A DNA stretch of 64,000 bases from a candidate division WWE3 bacterium (GTDB lineage: Bacteria > Patescibacteriota > WWE3 > UBA101185 > UBA10185), in assembly GCA_014729135.1 (NCBI GenBank), contig WJKK01000001.1:325462-389461 (forward strand). The letters run 5' to 3'. The notes beneath the pieces are model-generated. The model did no database searches. It was not told where the DNA came from and saw only the letters and a program-made list of their open reading frames with translations. Made by a program: the position numbers and the translations under genes. Of this stretch, positions 38,497-48,408 are shown piece after piece. Position 1 is the first letter of the stretch; each line of letters starts with the position of its first letter.

Positions 38497-39558
38497 TTAT
38501 TCAGTTTCAGGGCTTTCTTCTGCTTCAGAATTTCCTTCCGAGGTCATTCCGGACTCTGCTCCGGAATCGTTCTCTGAATCCTCAGATCCCGAAGGAGCGG
38601 CGGGTGACTCCATTGGAGTAGCCTGCTTAGCCTTTAAATCCTCAAAAACCTTCAACAACGCTAAAGGAGTAAATACCGAAATAATAGGTGTTAACAACCC
38701 TTGAGTTGCATACATCACAAAAAGCAAAGGGATCATGGCCAGCATCATCAAAACGGTGTACCCAAGACCCTTCCCAAAGAGATTTCCTCTAAAGCCCTTA
38801 GTCATCTGCTTACTCTTCTTAAGAGCTTCAAAAACACCAACATCCTCAGTTAGCAAAATGTAAGGAGCAAATAGGAACCAAAGTGTGAAAATCACTCCCG
38901 GAACTATCAATAGAATGTAACCAATTCCAATAATGAAAGCGCTAATTATTGTCAGCAAAGCAAACTTGAACAGTTTTTTGAAGGCCTCTCCAATTAGCTC
39001 TTTTATAGGAACAAGATTTTGTGAGTGGATTTTAATTGGAAGCAGCGTCATGAAAGTGGCCATAAAAAAGATCCAACCCAAGCCCAAAACACTTACAACT
39101 ATTGAAATAATTATGGCCACAGGACCAAAGGCTTTAGCAGGAGTGTCATAATAAGCTTCAGGCATTGCATTTGAACTGGAAGCAGGCATTTCCTGAGCTT
39201 GTTGACTTTGACGGGCCTGCCTTTGCATCTCGCGCATAAGCTCCATAGTCTCCGGAGAATAATCCCCTTCAGGCAACTCCATAGGAACAGGAGACTCCAT
39301 ATTAGCTACCGACTCTGGCGCTCCTAAAGATCGCGAAGGCATTGAATCGCTCACATACTTATCACCGGGCATCAACTTAGCCATCCTACTCATCGTAAAG
39401 ATGTAAAGCGGCAGCCCCACAACAAGCATAAAAGCCCCCATAATCAACGTCACTGTTAAATAGGACTTAAAGGTATATCCTAACGGCGCATTTTCAAATA
39501 AATTCTTAAAAGCATCCTTTATTGCTTTTTTCAACGTGATTAATTTAGTTTTTTCCAT
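38497..39558 (-). CDS. Integral membrane protein (DUF975/GDPD-membrane-domain-like)
   Basis: Multi-TM, LLIVPGVI...APYILL.E..G..EALKKS..MTKG; TAGACT 6 nt before ATG 39558. Confidence 0.75.
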   Translation of the reverse strand: MEKTKLITLKKAIKDAFKNLFENAPLGYTFKSYLTVTLIMGAFMLVVGLPLYIFTMSRMAKLMPGDKYVSDSMPSRSLGAPESVANMESPVPMELPEGDYSPETMELMREMQRQARQSQQAQEMPASSSNAMPEAYYDTPAKAFGPVAIIISIVVSVLGLGWIFFMATFMTLLPIKIHSQNLVPIKELIGEAFKKLFKFALLTIISAFIIGIGYILLIVPGVIFTLWFLFAPYILLTEDVGVFEALKKSKQMTKGFRGNLFGKGLGYTVLMMLAMIPLLFVMYATQGLLTPIISVFTPLALLKVFEDLKAKQATPMESPAAPSGSEDSENDSGAESGMTSEGNSEAEESPETE

Positions 39559-39574
39559 AGGCATAGTCTACTTT

Positions 39575-41014
39575 CTAATTTAGTAATTTGTCAACAATGG
39601 TGTAAATGCTGAAGCCTCCATAAAAGAGAAAAGCCATTGTCATAGCTGCAATTCTTCCAAATTTAGGTCTTATTTCTTTGTGTAAAAGTGAAAGGTTGGT
39701 GACTAAGGTTAGCCCTACGTGGATGAACATTGCAAAGGCGTTTAATACTGCTGCTATGGTAATTAACTGGAAGGGTTCGTTTATCCCAAAGGAGTAGATG
39801 GCAACGCCGGATAAGATTTGAAGCCATAAGACGATGTAGTAAATTTTTGAGATGTCGTTGCCTTTGATTTTTTTGTTGGCTAAAACGAGATTTTCAGAGA
39901 GGATTCTGCTGGTTGAGTCAAAAACGGTTAATTGGGTGGCAAAAAGCATGATGCCTGTGACTGTTAAAAAGAGCACGCCTGCCCATGGAGCAATTTTTAA
40001 GCCAATTTGTTGCGCTTCTGCTAAAACGAAGTTGACGCCGGTAGTTTCGATGCCTTTCTGATAGGTTGTAACGTAGGCCAGCAGCGCCAAGAGGCAGATT
40101 GTTATTGCTCCGGTTAGCCAAAAGACTAAAAAGTGCTCTGTATTTACGTTTTTCCACCATTTTTTAAACTTGCTGATGTTTTCTTCGGTGGGGTCAAAGG
40201 CTGTGCCTGTTAATTCAATGGTTTCTTTTTTGCCGGTTAGGAGGCTTTTGATCTTGCCGGCGTATTCACCCATCCCGTAACCTTTGGCCTTAACGTAGAA
40301 GGATTGCGATAGATTTAAGTTTCCGCCGGCTCCTGCATAGGCAAGTGCGGCCAAAAATGAGGGAAGTGCTATTCCTGCGGGGAGAAATCTGTAGCCGTCT
40401 CCAATTCCTACAATTCCTTGGCCTAAAGTTATAAAGTCTGCTTTGGCTGCTATTATGATGGCTAAGGTGAAAATTGCGGGGACTCCCAAGGTGATAAAGA
40501 GCTTTTGTATGCTTTCGACTGTTTTATAAAGGACCGGGCCTAAAGATAAGATTGCCCCTATGGTAAAGAGCAGGACCACTGTGAGGATTTTTTGGTTTTG
40601 AATCCCTAGGAGGGTTCCGAGAAGTTTTGCGGAAGTGGCAATTATGCCTGGCCACATCCAGGGAATGTAGGTTGATAGCAAAAACCAGATTGGTGCCCAC
40701 TTGAACTTTCGGGCTATTCCCACAAAGATGCTTTCGCCATGGGCAAGTGCATAGCGCTCAATTTCCATGTTCATAAAGAATTGAAAGGTTATTCCAAGGA
40801 TTGCTCCCCAAATGATTCCTAGTCCGTGGTGGGCTGCCAGGTAGGGCCAAAGGATTATTTCGCCGCTGCCCAGGCCCAGACCGAGGATTATGAAGCTTGG
40901 TCCTATGAGTTTTTTAAGTGGGAGTGGGTTTGGCAGTTCGTTCTTTTTTAAGGGGTTTATTTTGGGGTTGGTTTTTGTACTTGTATTTTTTGGAGTGTTT
41001 TTTGTTGTGGGCAT
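39575..41014 (-). CDS. Nramp/APC-superfamily transporter
   Basis: About 11 TMs; IGPSFIILGLGLGSGEIILWP, EIERYALAHGES. Confidence 0.8.
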   Translation of the reverse strand: MPTTKNTPKNTSTKTNPKINPLKKNELPNPLPLKKLIGPSFIILGLGLGSGEIILWPYLAAHHGLGIIWGAILGITFQFFMNMEIERYALAHGESIFVGIARKFKWAPIWFLLSTYIPWMWPGIIATSAKLLGTLLGIQNQKILTVVLLFTIGAILSLGPVLYKTVESIQKLFITLGVPAIFTLAIIIAAKADFITLGQGIVGIGDGYRFLPAGIALPSFLAALAYAGAGGNLNLSQSFYVKAKGYGMGEYAGKIKSLLTGKKETIELTGTAFDPTEENISKFKKWWKNVNTEHFLVFWLTGAITICLLALLAYVTTYQKGIETTGVNFVLAEAQQIGLKIAPWAGVLFLTVTGIMLFATQLTVFDSTSRILSENLVLANKKIKGNDISKIYYIVLWLQILSGVAIYSFGINEPFQLITIAAVLNAFAMFIHVGLTLVTNLSLLHKEIRPKFGRIAAMTMAFLFYGGFSIYTIVDKLLN

Positions 41015-41067
41015 TGTTTTTATAGTAGCAAAGTTGTTTCTTAGGGCAAAGTTTTTGTTAGGTTATT

Positions 41068-41709
41068 TTATTTCTTTTTAAACTCAAGCAAAAACATAGG
41101 GCGAGGTTTACCAAAACTAAGTTTTTTACTCCAGCTAGTTTCCAGTTCCTGCAAATCCTCCCGCGTCATTTCCTTAAAATTTTTTAAGGTGAGGCCTGCA
41201 TTTTCATAGCGAGGAATCAGCTCTTCTTTTATGTAAGCTTCATTCAGATTCTCCAAATTTAGACGCTCAGTTTCTGTTGGCTCCTGCTCCTCGGTATAAC
41301 CAAAAACTAACCTAAGATCACCTCCACTTTTCAAAATCGCCAAAATGTTTTGCATATGCTCCTGATTAAAATTGGCCACATGATCCAAAAGACTCCCCCA
41401 AGGAAGCAGCACATTTAGCTTATCTGCAGTATTTTCCAATTCTTCCGGCAACATTTCAGCACTTGCTAAAACAAATAAAACATTTTCCAAATTCTTTCGA
41501 ACTGCTTTTCGGGAGTATTTTCGAAGCTGTTTTTCAACCGGATCAATACCAATGTACAAATTATTTGGTTTTTCTAGAGCTTTTTTGTAAACATAGCGTC
41601 CATTCCCGGTGCCCAAATCCACCTCTATTTTCTCCCACTCCTGTGCCAAAAGCTCCTTAAAGTTCTCTTTAGACAACTCCTTTAATTTATTTCCAATCAC
41701 TATTTTCAT
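41068..41709 (-). CDS. NpmA/KamB-like 16S rRNA (adenine-1408-N1)-methyltransferase
   Basis: Collinear with NpmA as recalled: DLGTGNG, YIGIDPV, NVLFVLASAEMLPEEL, PWGSLL, SWSKKLSFGKPR; 213 aa. Confidence 0.85.
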   Translation of the reverse strand: MKIVIGNKLKELSKENFKELLAQEWEKIEVDLGTGNGRYVYKKALEKPNNLYIGIDPVEKQLRKYSRKAVRKNLENVLFVLASAEMLPEELENTADKLNVLLPWGSLLDHVANFNQEHMQNILAILKSGGDLRLVFGYTEEQEPTETERLNLENLNEAYIKEELIPRYENAGLTLKNFKEMTREDLQELETSWSKKLSFGKPRPMFLLEFKKK

Positions 41710-41746
41710 ACAACTAGGAGTATTATACTTGGTTTAGAATGTTGTT

Positions 41747-42601
41747 ATGACTGAACCTGAAATTATCCCTTTGTGGCAGCCGGTTGGAAATTCCACGCAC
41801 ATAATTGCTTCCAAGGTTGCTAAAAAACTTAACAAAAAAACTTCGCATACAGGGACGTTGGATCCTATGGCAGAAGGGATTATTGTTATCTTAGCCGGAG
41901 AGACGCGCCTAAAAAAGAAGGAGTTGGCTAAGTGGCCCAAGGAATATAAGTTTGACGTGGCGCTTGGCATTTCAACGGATACTTATGATGGTTTGGGGCT
42001 AATTCAGCAGGATTCTTTCTCTATAAAAAATACTTCTAAGTTTTTTTCTCATCGGGAGATTTTTGTTGGCCGAATTAAGCAGGCGCTTTCACGTTTGCAA
42101 GGGGATTATGTTCAGGAAGTACCTCCTTTTAGTGCTATTAAAGTTAGTGGCAAGCCTTTGCACTGGTATGCTCGGAATAAGAATTTGCCAAGAGAGCTTC
42201 CAAAAAGATCAGGCGAGATATTTGATATAGAGCTTTTGGATTTTAAAGAGGTTTCACTTCAGAATCTTATTTCAGATTTGTTGGAAAAGATTTCAAAGGT
42301 TACGGGGGATTTGCGTCAGGGGGAAATTGCACCTCAGTGGAGGGATTTCGCAGGCCTCCGTGAAAAATCAAAGGATGTAAGAATTCCGATAATTTCGATT
42401 CGGGCAACTCTTTCCAAAGGTCTTTATGTTCGGTCACTTTCTCAAGATATTTGTGGCCTCATAGGAGTTAAAGGTTTTGTTTCTAATTTGGTTCGAACAC
42501 GTAATGGCAGTTTCCATCGTGAGAACTCTTTAAGTTTAGAGGAGTTTTTTGGATCAGGCTTTCGGGACAAGTATGATTTTGTTTCTCGATTTAAATCCTG
42601 A
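41747..42601 (+). CDS. truB: tRNA pseudouridine-55 synthase-like protein
   Basis: HTGTLDPMAEG, PKEY, TDTYD, QEVPPFSAIKVSGKPL, KGLYVRSL, LVRT. Confidence 0.85.
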   Translation: MTEPEIIPLWQPVGNSTHIIASKVAKKLNKKTSHTGTLDPMAEGIIVILAGETRLKKKELAKWPKEYKFDVALGISTDTYDGLGLIQQDSFSIKNTSKFFSHREIFVGRIKQALSRLQGDYVQEVPPFSAIKVSGKPLHWYARNKNLPRELPKRSGEIFDIELLDFKEVSLQNLISDLLEKISKVTGDLRQGEIAPQWRDFAGLREKSKDVRIPIISIRATLSKGLYVRSLSQDICGLIGVKGFVSNLVRTRNGSFHRENSLSLEEFFGSGFRDKYDFVSRFKS

Positions 42602-42790
42602 CTTAATTTGGAGGTGTGTTTTGGGGACTTCAAAGTAGTCGCCAAGTAGTTCCAACATTTCCTCGTTAGCCTCTCCGTTTTTAGGTAAAGATTTCACACG
42701 CACCACATAAACTACGTTTCCATACATATCCGTTTTTTCTTTAACACCGCTTTCCTTTGCTCCCGGCTTAATCTTGACTCTAATTTTCAT
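42554..42790 (-). CDS. DUF167 (YggU) family protein
   Basis: VKIKPGAK, P.NGEANEE, IKSGFKSRNK. Confidence 0.88.
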   Translation of the reverse strand: MKIRVKIKPGAKESGVKEKTDMYGNVVYVVRVKSLPKNGEANEEMLELLGDYFEVPKTHLQIKSGFKSRNKIILVPKA

Positions 42791-42796
42791 ACCCTC

Positions 42797-42935
42797 AAGG
42801 ATGATCCTCCGTTAAATTCCATCTTTAATCTTATTAAAGGCTTTTCTCTCTTTATTTTCAAGGATAATCCTTCACAACTTTTCTAGAAATGCTTTATTGG
42901 AAGGGATTCGCTTAAAAACTTAAAGGATGATCCTT
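42797..42935. repeat. Three palindromes AAGGAT-N-ATCCT(T) at an exact 63-bp period
   Basis: Copies start at 42797, 42860 and 42923; spacers unrelated to each other. Confidence 0.85.
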
Positions 42936-43072
42936 GTTCACCATGCTTGGGTCTTGAAAATACTTACAAAGGTGCTATAGACTATCTACTTGTGACATGC
43001 GATCCGTCAACAAAAAATTGCAAGCAAAAATTTAAATCAAAAAAATTAACAAATAAAGAAAGGAACTAAAAA

Positions 43073-43438
43073 ATGTCAAAAAGAGATATGGCACAAAGAA
43101 GAATCCGAATTATAAACGAGCTCAAAGCGGAGTTAAAAGAATTAAAAGGTCATCGCAAGGATATTTTGGAGGAAGATCCCGAATACTCCGAGCTTAAAGA
43201 ACAGTCCAAACTAGTTAAAGATCAAACACGTACAAAGCGTAAGCAGGTTTTGGATGCTCCCGAGTATAAAGCAGTGACAGATCAAATGAGCGATATTAGG
43301 GCGGAAATTCGCGATCAAAAAGAAGCTCTTTCACAGGAATTAGTTGAACTTTACAAAGAAGAGGGGGTTACCGAAATAGAGGACTCTGAGGGTAATTTGA
43401 AGAAGTTGAAGTTTAGTGTTCAGTTGGTTAATGCTTAA
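43073..43438 (+). CDS. Coiled-coil hypothetical protein
   Basis: 121 aa charged helical ORF with SD AAGGA. Confidence 0.8.
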   Translation: MSKRDMAQRRIRIINELKAELKELKGHRKDILEEDPEYSELKEQSKLVKDQTRTKRKQVLDAPEYKAVTDQMSDIRAEIRDQKEALSQELVELYKEEGVTEIEDSEGNLKKLKFSVQLVNA

Positions 43439-43543
43439 TTGTTTCGATCGCGTTTTAACGTTAGGAATTATTCGTAAAAAGCTCTCTAAAAGATCCGTCG
43501 AAACCCTAAATAATCCTATAAAATCATCTGGTATACTACTCGC

Positions 43544-44209
43544 ATGACAAAAGAAAACACAACATCAAAAACAGAAACTGCCAATAATAAAGCTCCCTCA
43601 AAAGGAAAAGCAGGTTCTCAAAAACTTCTTAAAACTTTAGGAATTGTGGCAGCAGTAATATTAGTTTTGGGAGGCCTTTCGATTTTAGGATACACTTATA
43701 AGCACCTTTTTATTGTAGGCAGAGTGAATAACAAACTTATCACACGAGTCGAGCTAAACAAACTTTTAATTAACGCTTATGGTCCCAGCGCCGTTGAAGA
43801 GCTGGTTAACAAAAAGCTAATTAAGCAGGAATTAAAAAAGCAAGGCATAGAGGTTACAGCGGAACAGTTGCAGGCTAAAAAAGACGAAATTTCTCAGCAG
43901 ATTCAGGAGCAGCAAGGGACTACACTTGAGGACTATTTGGATCGTCAGGGTGTTTCCATGAAGGAGTTTGAGGAAAATATTGAAACGCAGCTAGCTATTG
44001 AGCAGCTTTTGGCGGAAAAAGTGGAGGTTACTGAAGAAGAGGTGGACGACTTTTTGGAGACTTATGGTGATCAGCTTGAGGGAGAAACTGAGGAAGATAA
44101 GCGTGCACAGGCTGTAGATATCTTGGTAGACCAGCAAATTGGATCCCTTTTTCAACAGTGGATTCAGGAAGTTCGTTCTGAAGCTAAGATTGATACTTTC
44201 TTAAAGTAA
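43544..44209 (+). CDS. SurA-N/PrsA-like membrane-anchored chaperone, no PPIase domain
   Basis: TM, VNNKLITRVEL, LI.QE..K.GI.VT, W...R.EAKI. Confidence 0.8.
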   Translation: MTKENTTSKTETANNKAPSKGKAGSQKLLKTLGIVAAVILVLGGLSILGYTYKHLFIVGRVNNKLITRVELNKLLINAYGPSAVEELVNKKLIKQELKKQGIEVTAEQLQAKKDEISQQIQEQQGTTLEDYLDRQGVSMKEFEENIETQLAIEQLLAEKVEVTEEEVDDFLETYGDQLEGETEEDKRAQAVDILVDQQIGSLFQQWIQEVRSEAKIDTFLK

Positions 44210-44253
44210 CGCTTTACGCTTTTTGTTGAGCTTAAATATTAATTTCCAAATTT

Positions 44254-44292
44254 CCGGGGGTGAGGTTTACAATTTGCCTCAAGCCTTCCCGG
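44254..44292. terminator. Intergenic hairpin, possible terminator
   Basis: ccggg..tgagg / cctca..cccgg inverted repeat; no clean U tract. Confidence 0.3.
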
Positions 44293-44328
44293 TTGCACAA
44301 CACCTCCAAAAACGGTTAACCTAAACCT

Positions 44329-45993
44329 ATGGGAAAGATAATAAAACTGCCTCAATCCGTTATTCAAAAAACAGCTGCCGGTGAAGTTATAGAAAATCCT
44401 GCCTCCGTTGTAAAAGAACTTATAGAGAACTCACTTGATGCCGGTGCAGCCTCCATAAAAATTCACGTCCAAAAAGGAGGACAGCAAAAAATCCTTGTAG
44501 TAGACAACGGCTGCGGAATGCAAAAAGACGATCTGCTCCTTAGTTACAAACCGCACACCTCCAGCAAAATTCAAAAAGAAGACGACCTAAATTCCATAGC
44601 AACCTTTGGTTTTCGTGGGGAAGCCTTAAATAGCATCAGCACCGTCAGTAACTTCACAATAAAAAGTAAAGAGCCTAATTCACCAACGGGGTGGGCTTTA
44701 AACATTTACTATGGCAAGGAAAAAGAACTCAAGCCTTCAGGCCTTTCTACAGGGACAATAGTAGAAGTAGCTAATTTATTTTCAAATCTGCCGGCACGTC
44801 GCGAATTTTTAAAAAGCGCGCAAGCAGAGCTAACTCAAATTAAACAAGTAGTCGCATCCATGGCTTTGGCAAATCCTTCCGTGGCTTTTCTGCTTCAGTC
44901 TGATAACAAAACGATTTTAAATATCCCTTCTCAATATGATTTGCAAAAAAGAATTCAAGTTCTTCTTGATGACGCCGGGAAATTCTTGGATGTGACAAAA
45001 AAAGATCCGCATCATCACATTCACGGCAAAATTTCGCTTCCGCAATTTTCAACTAATACCGGAAAGGATCAGTATCTTTTTGTAAACGGTCGCTATGTAA
45101 ATTTTCGTGCTTCAACATCGGCAATTAAGCGGGCTTATGGGACGCTTCTGGACAAGTATCAGTATCCAAAGCATGTTTTGTACTTGCAGCTTCCTCATGA
45201 GCTTGTGGATGTTAATGTTCACCCCCGCAAGGAGGAGGTTCGGTTTAAAAATGAGACTCATGTTTTGGAGCTGCTTCACCAGGCGATTCAGCAGTCACTG
45301 GATAAGGCTAATTTAACTTACCGCTATGATCCTAAGCCTGCCCAGTATGTGGCGTCGCTTTATTCCAATTTAAAGGATTCGGTGGAGATGTGGTCAGTTT
45401 CAGACCTTCCTGAGGCTGACTCTGTTACTGAAGTTTTGCAGTTTTTGCAGACTTATTTAATTGTACCTTTAAAGGATCGTGTGCTTTTTATTGACCAGCA
45501 TGCAGCTCATGAGAAGATTTTGTATGCGCAGATTTTGGATTTTTTAAAGGGTGCTTCTACGGAAGATCTTTTTGAGCCTAAGGATCCTGTGCAGATCTCA
45601 ACAGAGGATCTGGACTTTGAGGTGGATGATTCCAAGCTTGCTTTGCTTTCGGATTTGGGGCTTAATTTGACTTTGGAAGATGCTGTTTTAAAGATTAAGC
45701 AGGTGCCTAAGGTGTTTTCAGGCCTTAATCTGGAGGACTTTGTAATTTATCTTTTAAGTTTGGATGAAGCTGCGCTTTCTTTAAGTTATTCAAGTGACGT
45801 TTCTAATATGATTTCTACGTTGGCTTGTAAGAGTGCAGTTAAAGCAGGGGATTTTTTAACGCAGGAGCAGGCTTTGCGTCTTGTTAAGAAGCTTTTAAAT
45901 ACGGATTTGGAGAAGTATACGTGTCCTCACGGTCGTCCTACTATGGTGGAGTTTTTGGAGGGTGATTTTGAGCGGATGTTTAAGCGCCACTAG
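44329..45993 (+). CDS. mutL: DNA mismatch repair endonuclease MutL
   Basis: AAGEVIENPASVVKELIENSLDAGA, FGFRGEAL, DVNVHP, DQHAAHE, ACK, CPHGRP. Confidence 0.96.
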   Translation: MGKIIKLPQSVIQKTAAGEVIENPASVVKELIENSLDAGAASIKIHVQKGGQQKILVVDNGCGMQKDDLLLSYKPHTSSKIQKEDDLNSIATFGFRGEALNSISTVSNFTIKSKEPNSPTGWALNIYYGKEKELKPSGLSTGTIVEVANLFSNLPARREFLKSAQAELTQIKQVVASMALANPSVAFLLQSDNKTILNIPSQYDLQKRIQVLLDDAGKFLDVTKKDPHHHIHGKISLPQFSTNTGKDQYLFVNGRYVNFRASTSAIKRAYGTLLDKYQYPKHVLYLQLPHELVDVNVHPRKEEVRFKNETHVLELLHQAIQQSLDKANLTYRYDPKPAQYVASLYSNLKDSVEMWSVSDLPEADSVTEVLQFLQTYLIVPLKDRVLFIDQHAAHEKILYAQILDFLKGASTEDLFEPKDPVQISTEDLDFEVDDSKLALLSDLGLNLTLEDAVLKIKQVPKVFSGLNLEDFVIYLLSLDEAALSLSYSSDVSNMISTLACKSAVKAGDFLTQEQALRLVKKLLNTDLEKYTCPHGRPTMVEFLEGDFERMFKRH

Positions 45994-46025
45994 CTTATTT
46001 CCTTTATAATTAATCAGATAATTCC

Positions 46026-46802
46026 ATGACTTTTATAGATTCACATTGCCATTTACCGGATATAAAACACAAAAAAGCTTTAGAGCAAATCCTTCAAGAA
46101 GCGCAAAAAGAAGGAGTCACAAAATTCATTAACATAGGAACTTCCGTTAAGCACAATAAAAAAGCTTTAAAAACAGCAAAAAACTATCTAAATGTTTCTG
46201 CAACGGCTGCTGTTTATCCGCATGAAGATCAAAACAAAAGCCTAAAAGAAATAAAAACTTATCTTCAAAATTACATTGAAATCAATAAAAAAGACCTTGT
46301 AGGTATAGGAGAAACCGGAATAGATATAACAAGTTGGAAAAACGGACGTTCCAAAAAAGAACAAATAGAACTTTTCGAATTTCAAGCTCACCTAGCCAAA
46401 GAATACGATCTTCCTTTAATAGTGCATAATAGAAATGGAGATAAAGAGGTCCTGCAAGTTCTAAAAAACGTTAAAGTTCCAAAAGGAGTTATTCACTGTT
46501 TTGCTTCCAAATGGGATTTTGCAAAAGAGGTTTTAGATTTAGGCTTTTACATATCTTTTTCAGGTCTAATAACCTATAAATCACGAGATTATTTGCTGGA
46601 AACTGTAAAAAAAGTTCCAAATGATAGATTTCTAATTGGAACCGATGCGCCTCTACTTCCGCCTGAAGGTCACCGCGGAGAGCAAAACCAACCAAAGTAT
46701 GTTAAAATCATTGCGCAAAAAGTTGCTGATGTTAAAGGGCTTTCCTTGGAGCAAGTAGCTAAGTTTTCCACTTCAAATGCAGAAGAGCTGTTTGACCTCT
46801 AG
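46026..46802 (+). CDS. tatD: TatD family hydrolase
   Basis: DSHCHL, IGETGID, VHNR, IHCF, TDAP. Confidence 0.93.
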   Translation: MTFIDSHCHLPDIKHKKALEQILQEAQKEGVTKFINIGTSVKHNKKALKTAKNYLNVSATAAVYPHEDQNKSLKEIKTYLQNYIEINKKDLVGIGETGIDITSWKNGRSKKEQIELFEFQAHLAKEYDLPLIVHNRNGDKEVLQVLKNVKVPKGVIHCFASKWDFAKEVLDLGFYISFSGLITYKSRDYLLETVKKVPNDRFLIGTDAPLLPPEGHRGEQNQPKYVKIIAQKVADVKGLSLEQVAKFSTSNAEELFDL

Positions 46803-46863
46803 TTTTGTGTGCATGCAACTTTACTTTGCCTAAAACTAAGTTAGGAAGACATAAATTAAACAC

Positions 46864-48408
46864 ATGAAAGAATTTGTAGAAAAACACGACAGCATAATAC
46901 ATCGCCTTTTAGAGATAGTTCCCGGCTTTTTAACTTGGAGTGTTCTCTTATCTCCTCTATGGTTGGGAATCTTATTTCCACAGCTAATTGTTTACATTTT
47001 AATTGCTTTAACTGTTTACTGGGCTTTTATGGCAACCAAACACTCCTATGGGATGCTTAAAGGCTATAGAATTTATGAAAAGGAAATGGGAATGGATTGG
47101 ATGGCTCAGTGTCGAGAACTTGATTTTGAAACTTTGCCCGAACCTGAAACTCGCCCTGACACTTTGGAAAAAGTAAAGCACTTTGTTTTAATTCCCGCTG
47201 TTAACGAGCCTTACGAAGTTTTAAAGCCCGCTTTCGATAGCTTTTATAATCAGACTTTTTCTAGAGATCAAATAGTTTTGGTTTATACGTTAGAAGGGCG
47301 CAATGACTACGATAAGCAGGTTCGTGCTACTTTAGAGGAGGTTTTTGAGGGGCGCGATAAAGAATTTGCGGATGTTTTAATTTACACCCACCCTGCTGGT
47401 ATTCCAGGAGAGGCCATTGGAGCAGGTGCTGCTAACCGTACTTGGGGAGCTAAAAAAGCTGTAGCCGAATTGAAAGCAAAAGGAGAGGATTTGCGTAACT
47501 ACATCTTTAGCACGTTTGATGCCGACCACGTTTTAGACAAGCAGTTTTTGGCGCGGTTGACTCACTTGTATCTAAACGAAGATAAGCGCGATTACAAGTT
47601 TTATCAATCCGCAGTTGCTCTTTTTGATAACAACTACTGGAAGGTTCCTGTTTTCATGCGAATTGAGGCCACTTCTGTTGCTCTTGGGGGTCTTGCGGAA
47701 TGGACAGTTAAAGGTAAGCTGAAAGATACATTTGCAGCTTATTCTGCTTCGCTTCAGACTTTATTGGATGCCGACTATTGGGATGTCGGTTTAGGTGTCG
47801 ATGATCAGATTTTTTATTGGCGCGCTTTCTTTCAACGAGATGGCGATTTTACGGGAGTTCCACATTACATTCCCTATTCTGCAGACGCCGTTATGGGTTC
47901 AGATTTTCGAGATTCCTGTAAAAGTCTTTACAAACAGCTTGTTCGGTGGGGGTGGGGTGTCATTGATTTTCCCCTATCTTTAAAGGAGTTTATGAAAAAT
48001 TACAAGGTTCCTTTACGTTTAAAGATTGCTTGGTTTTTTCGTCACTTGGAAAAACGTGTGCTTCTTATAGATAGCGTCTTTTTGATTACATTTGGCTTTG
48101 GACTTTTAACATTTGCCAATCCCGATGTCAAACAAGCTACCTTTGCCTATAGCCTCCCCGACATTATGAGCGTGATTTTAACCATAACTCTAGTCTTCTT
48201 TTTGCCCATTTCAATTATTCGTTTTAAACTGGTAAAGCCAATGCCTAAAGATTGGCCCCTTTGGAAAAAGCTTCTGGCAGTTCTAGAGGCTCCTTTGGTT
48301 ACAATTAACATGTTGTCTTTTTCGTTCTTGCCTCATATAGAAGCGCAAACGCGAATGCTCCTTGGTAAGAAAATGAAGGACCTGTATCACACACCTAAAG
48401 TTAGATGA
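46864..48408 (+). CDS. Membrane glycosyltransferase family 2
   Basis: N- and C-terminal TMs, FDAD, DD, QLVRWGWG (QxxRW). Confidence 0.85.
   Translation: MKEFVEKHDSIIHRLLEIVPGFLTWSVLLSPLWLGILFPQLIVYILIALTVYWAFMATKHSYGMLKGYRIYEKEMGMDWMAQCRELDFETLPEPETRPDTLEKVKHFVLIPAVNEPYEVLKPAFDSFYNQTFSRDQIVLVYTLEGRNDYDKQVRATLEEVFEGRDKEFADVLIYTHPAGIPGEAIGAGAANRTWGAKKAVAELKAKGEDLRNYIFSTFDADHVLDKQFLARLTHLYLNEDKRDYKFYQSAVALFDNNYWKVPVFMRIEATSVALGGLAEWTVKGKLKDTFAAYSASLQTLLDADYWDVGLGVDDQIFYWRAFFQRDGDFTGVPHYIPYSADAVMGSDFRDSCKSLYKQLVRWGWGVIDFPLSLKEFMKNYKVPLRLKIAWFFRHLEKRVLLIDSVFLITFGFGLLTFANPDVKQATFAYSLPDIMSVILTITLVFFLPISIIRFKLVKPMPKDWPLWKKLLAVLEAPLVTINMLSFSFLPHIEAQTRMLLGKKMKDLYHTPKVR

Noticed and set aside
42797-42935. 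Canonical CRISPR array
   Set aside because: Repeats only 13 bp, three copies, no cas genes in the window; kept as a different kind of finding
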